Positions 16,477-16,875 of a stretch of DNA of 16,875 nt are shown here, piece after piece (within the stretch, counting starts at the first letter, position 1; each line of letters starts with the position of its first letter). Location: positions 1-16,875 of the forward strand of contig JAYKHR010000114.1 of the NCBI GenBank assembly GCA_035285125.1, given 5' to 3'. Under the pieces are notes generated by a model, which saw only the letters and a list, made by a program, of their open reading frames with translations, had not been told where the DNA came from and ran no database searches. The DNA comes from Candidatus Sericytochromatia bacterium. Lineage in GTDB: Bacteria > Cyanobacteriota > Sericytochromatia > S15B-MN24 > JAQBPE01. Position numbers and translations under genes: made by a program.

Positions 16477-16628
16477 GGTGGCCGCAGGCCGGGTGAGGGG
16501 CAACGCGGAGTCAGGGCCCCGGCACCACGAGCCTGCCCGCCCCGGGCCGGGTACAAGCCACCTGGGCCCGGGGGCCTGCGCCCTCGCAGGCCCTCCCTGT
16601 GCCCCTTGGACCCTGGTCGAACCACCGC

Positions 16629-16875
16629 TTGTCACACCCCTTCGCACGCGACTGTTCCCCCAACGAGTGCCTCTACCACCACCTGCAGGCGGTCGGAGAC
16701 GCCGTGTGCATGCAGTTCCTGATCGAGGGCGAGGGGGCGCTCGACCGTGACCGGCTCGTCGAGGCCGTCGGCCGCGCCACCGCGGCCTCCCCCGGGGCCA
16801 CGCTGCGGCTGGTCGGGCGCCGGCTGGTGGAGGCCGCTGGGCCCGTGCCCGTTCAGGTCGCGCCCGCCGCAGCGT
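16629..16875 (+). CDS. 5' part (truncated by window end) of a probable condensation-domain / CoA-dependent acyltransferase-like protein
   Basis: Not in the ORF track. From TTG 16629: MSHPFARDCSPNECLYHHLQAVGDAVCMQFLIEGEGALDRDRLVEAVGRATAASPGATLRLVGRRLV..., open to the window edge. R..SPxE.LY and EG.G.LD...L..AV.....A.PG..L fit condensation-fold N-termini. Start uncertain (in-frame GTG at 16599). Confidence 0.6.
   Translation, partial: MSHPFARDCSPNECLYHHLQAVGDAVCMQFLIEGEGALDRDRLVEAVGRATAASPGATLRLVGRRLVEAAGPVPVQVAPAAA

Noticed and set aside
16408..16647. 80-aa N-terminal extension of the YhaM-like ORF
   Set aside because: Low-complexity sequence spanning the RBS and predicted promoter; ATG 16407 has proper SD spacing.

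Overview
GC-rich bacterial chromosomal window; I saw no rRNA, tRNA, CRISPR array or mobile element. Left to right: the 3' end of an MNT antitoxin and its HEPN/DUF86 toxin (mntA-hepT), a small hypothetical membrane protein, an ABC-F ATPase (Uup-like), a TraB/GumN-family protein, an M61 glycyl aminopeptidase with PDZ domain, and TrmK. Then come four lipoprotein S8 subtilases: three tandem + strand paralogues (lipobox, shared unrecognised N-terminal motif, short prodomain, thermitase-like catalytic domain, Pro/Thr/Ser stalk, divergent FN3-like domain) and one convergent shorter subtilase. After these are a YbjN-like protein, a stand-alone lipoprotein beta-sandwich, a YhaM-like OB+HD nuclease (- strand) and the start of a condensation-domain-like gene. 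Most notable: the subtilase array; a GGGTAY motif upstream of all three tandem proteases and two other genes (possible SigB/SigF-type regulon); apparently leaderless genes; and a 3x42-bp internal repeat in TrmK. Several starts in the ORF track are revised from RBS/promoter evidence. All family calls are from motif recognition by eye, not database searches.
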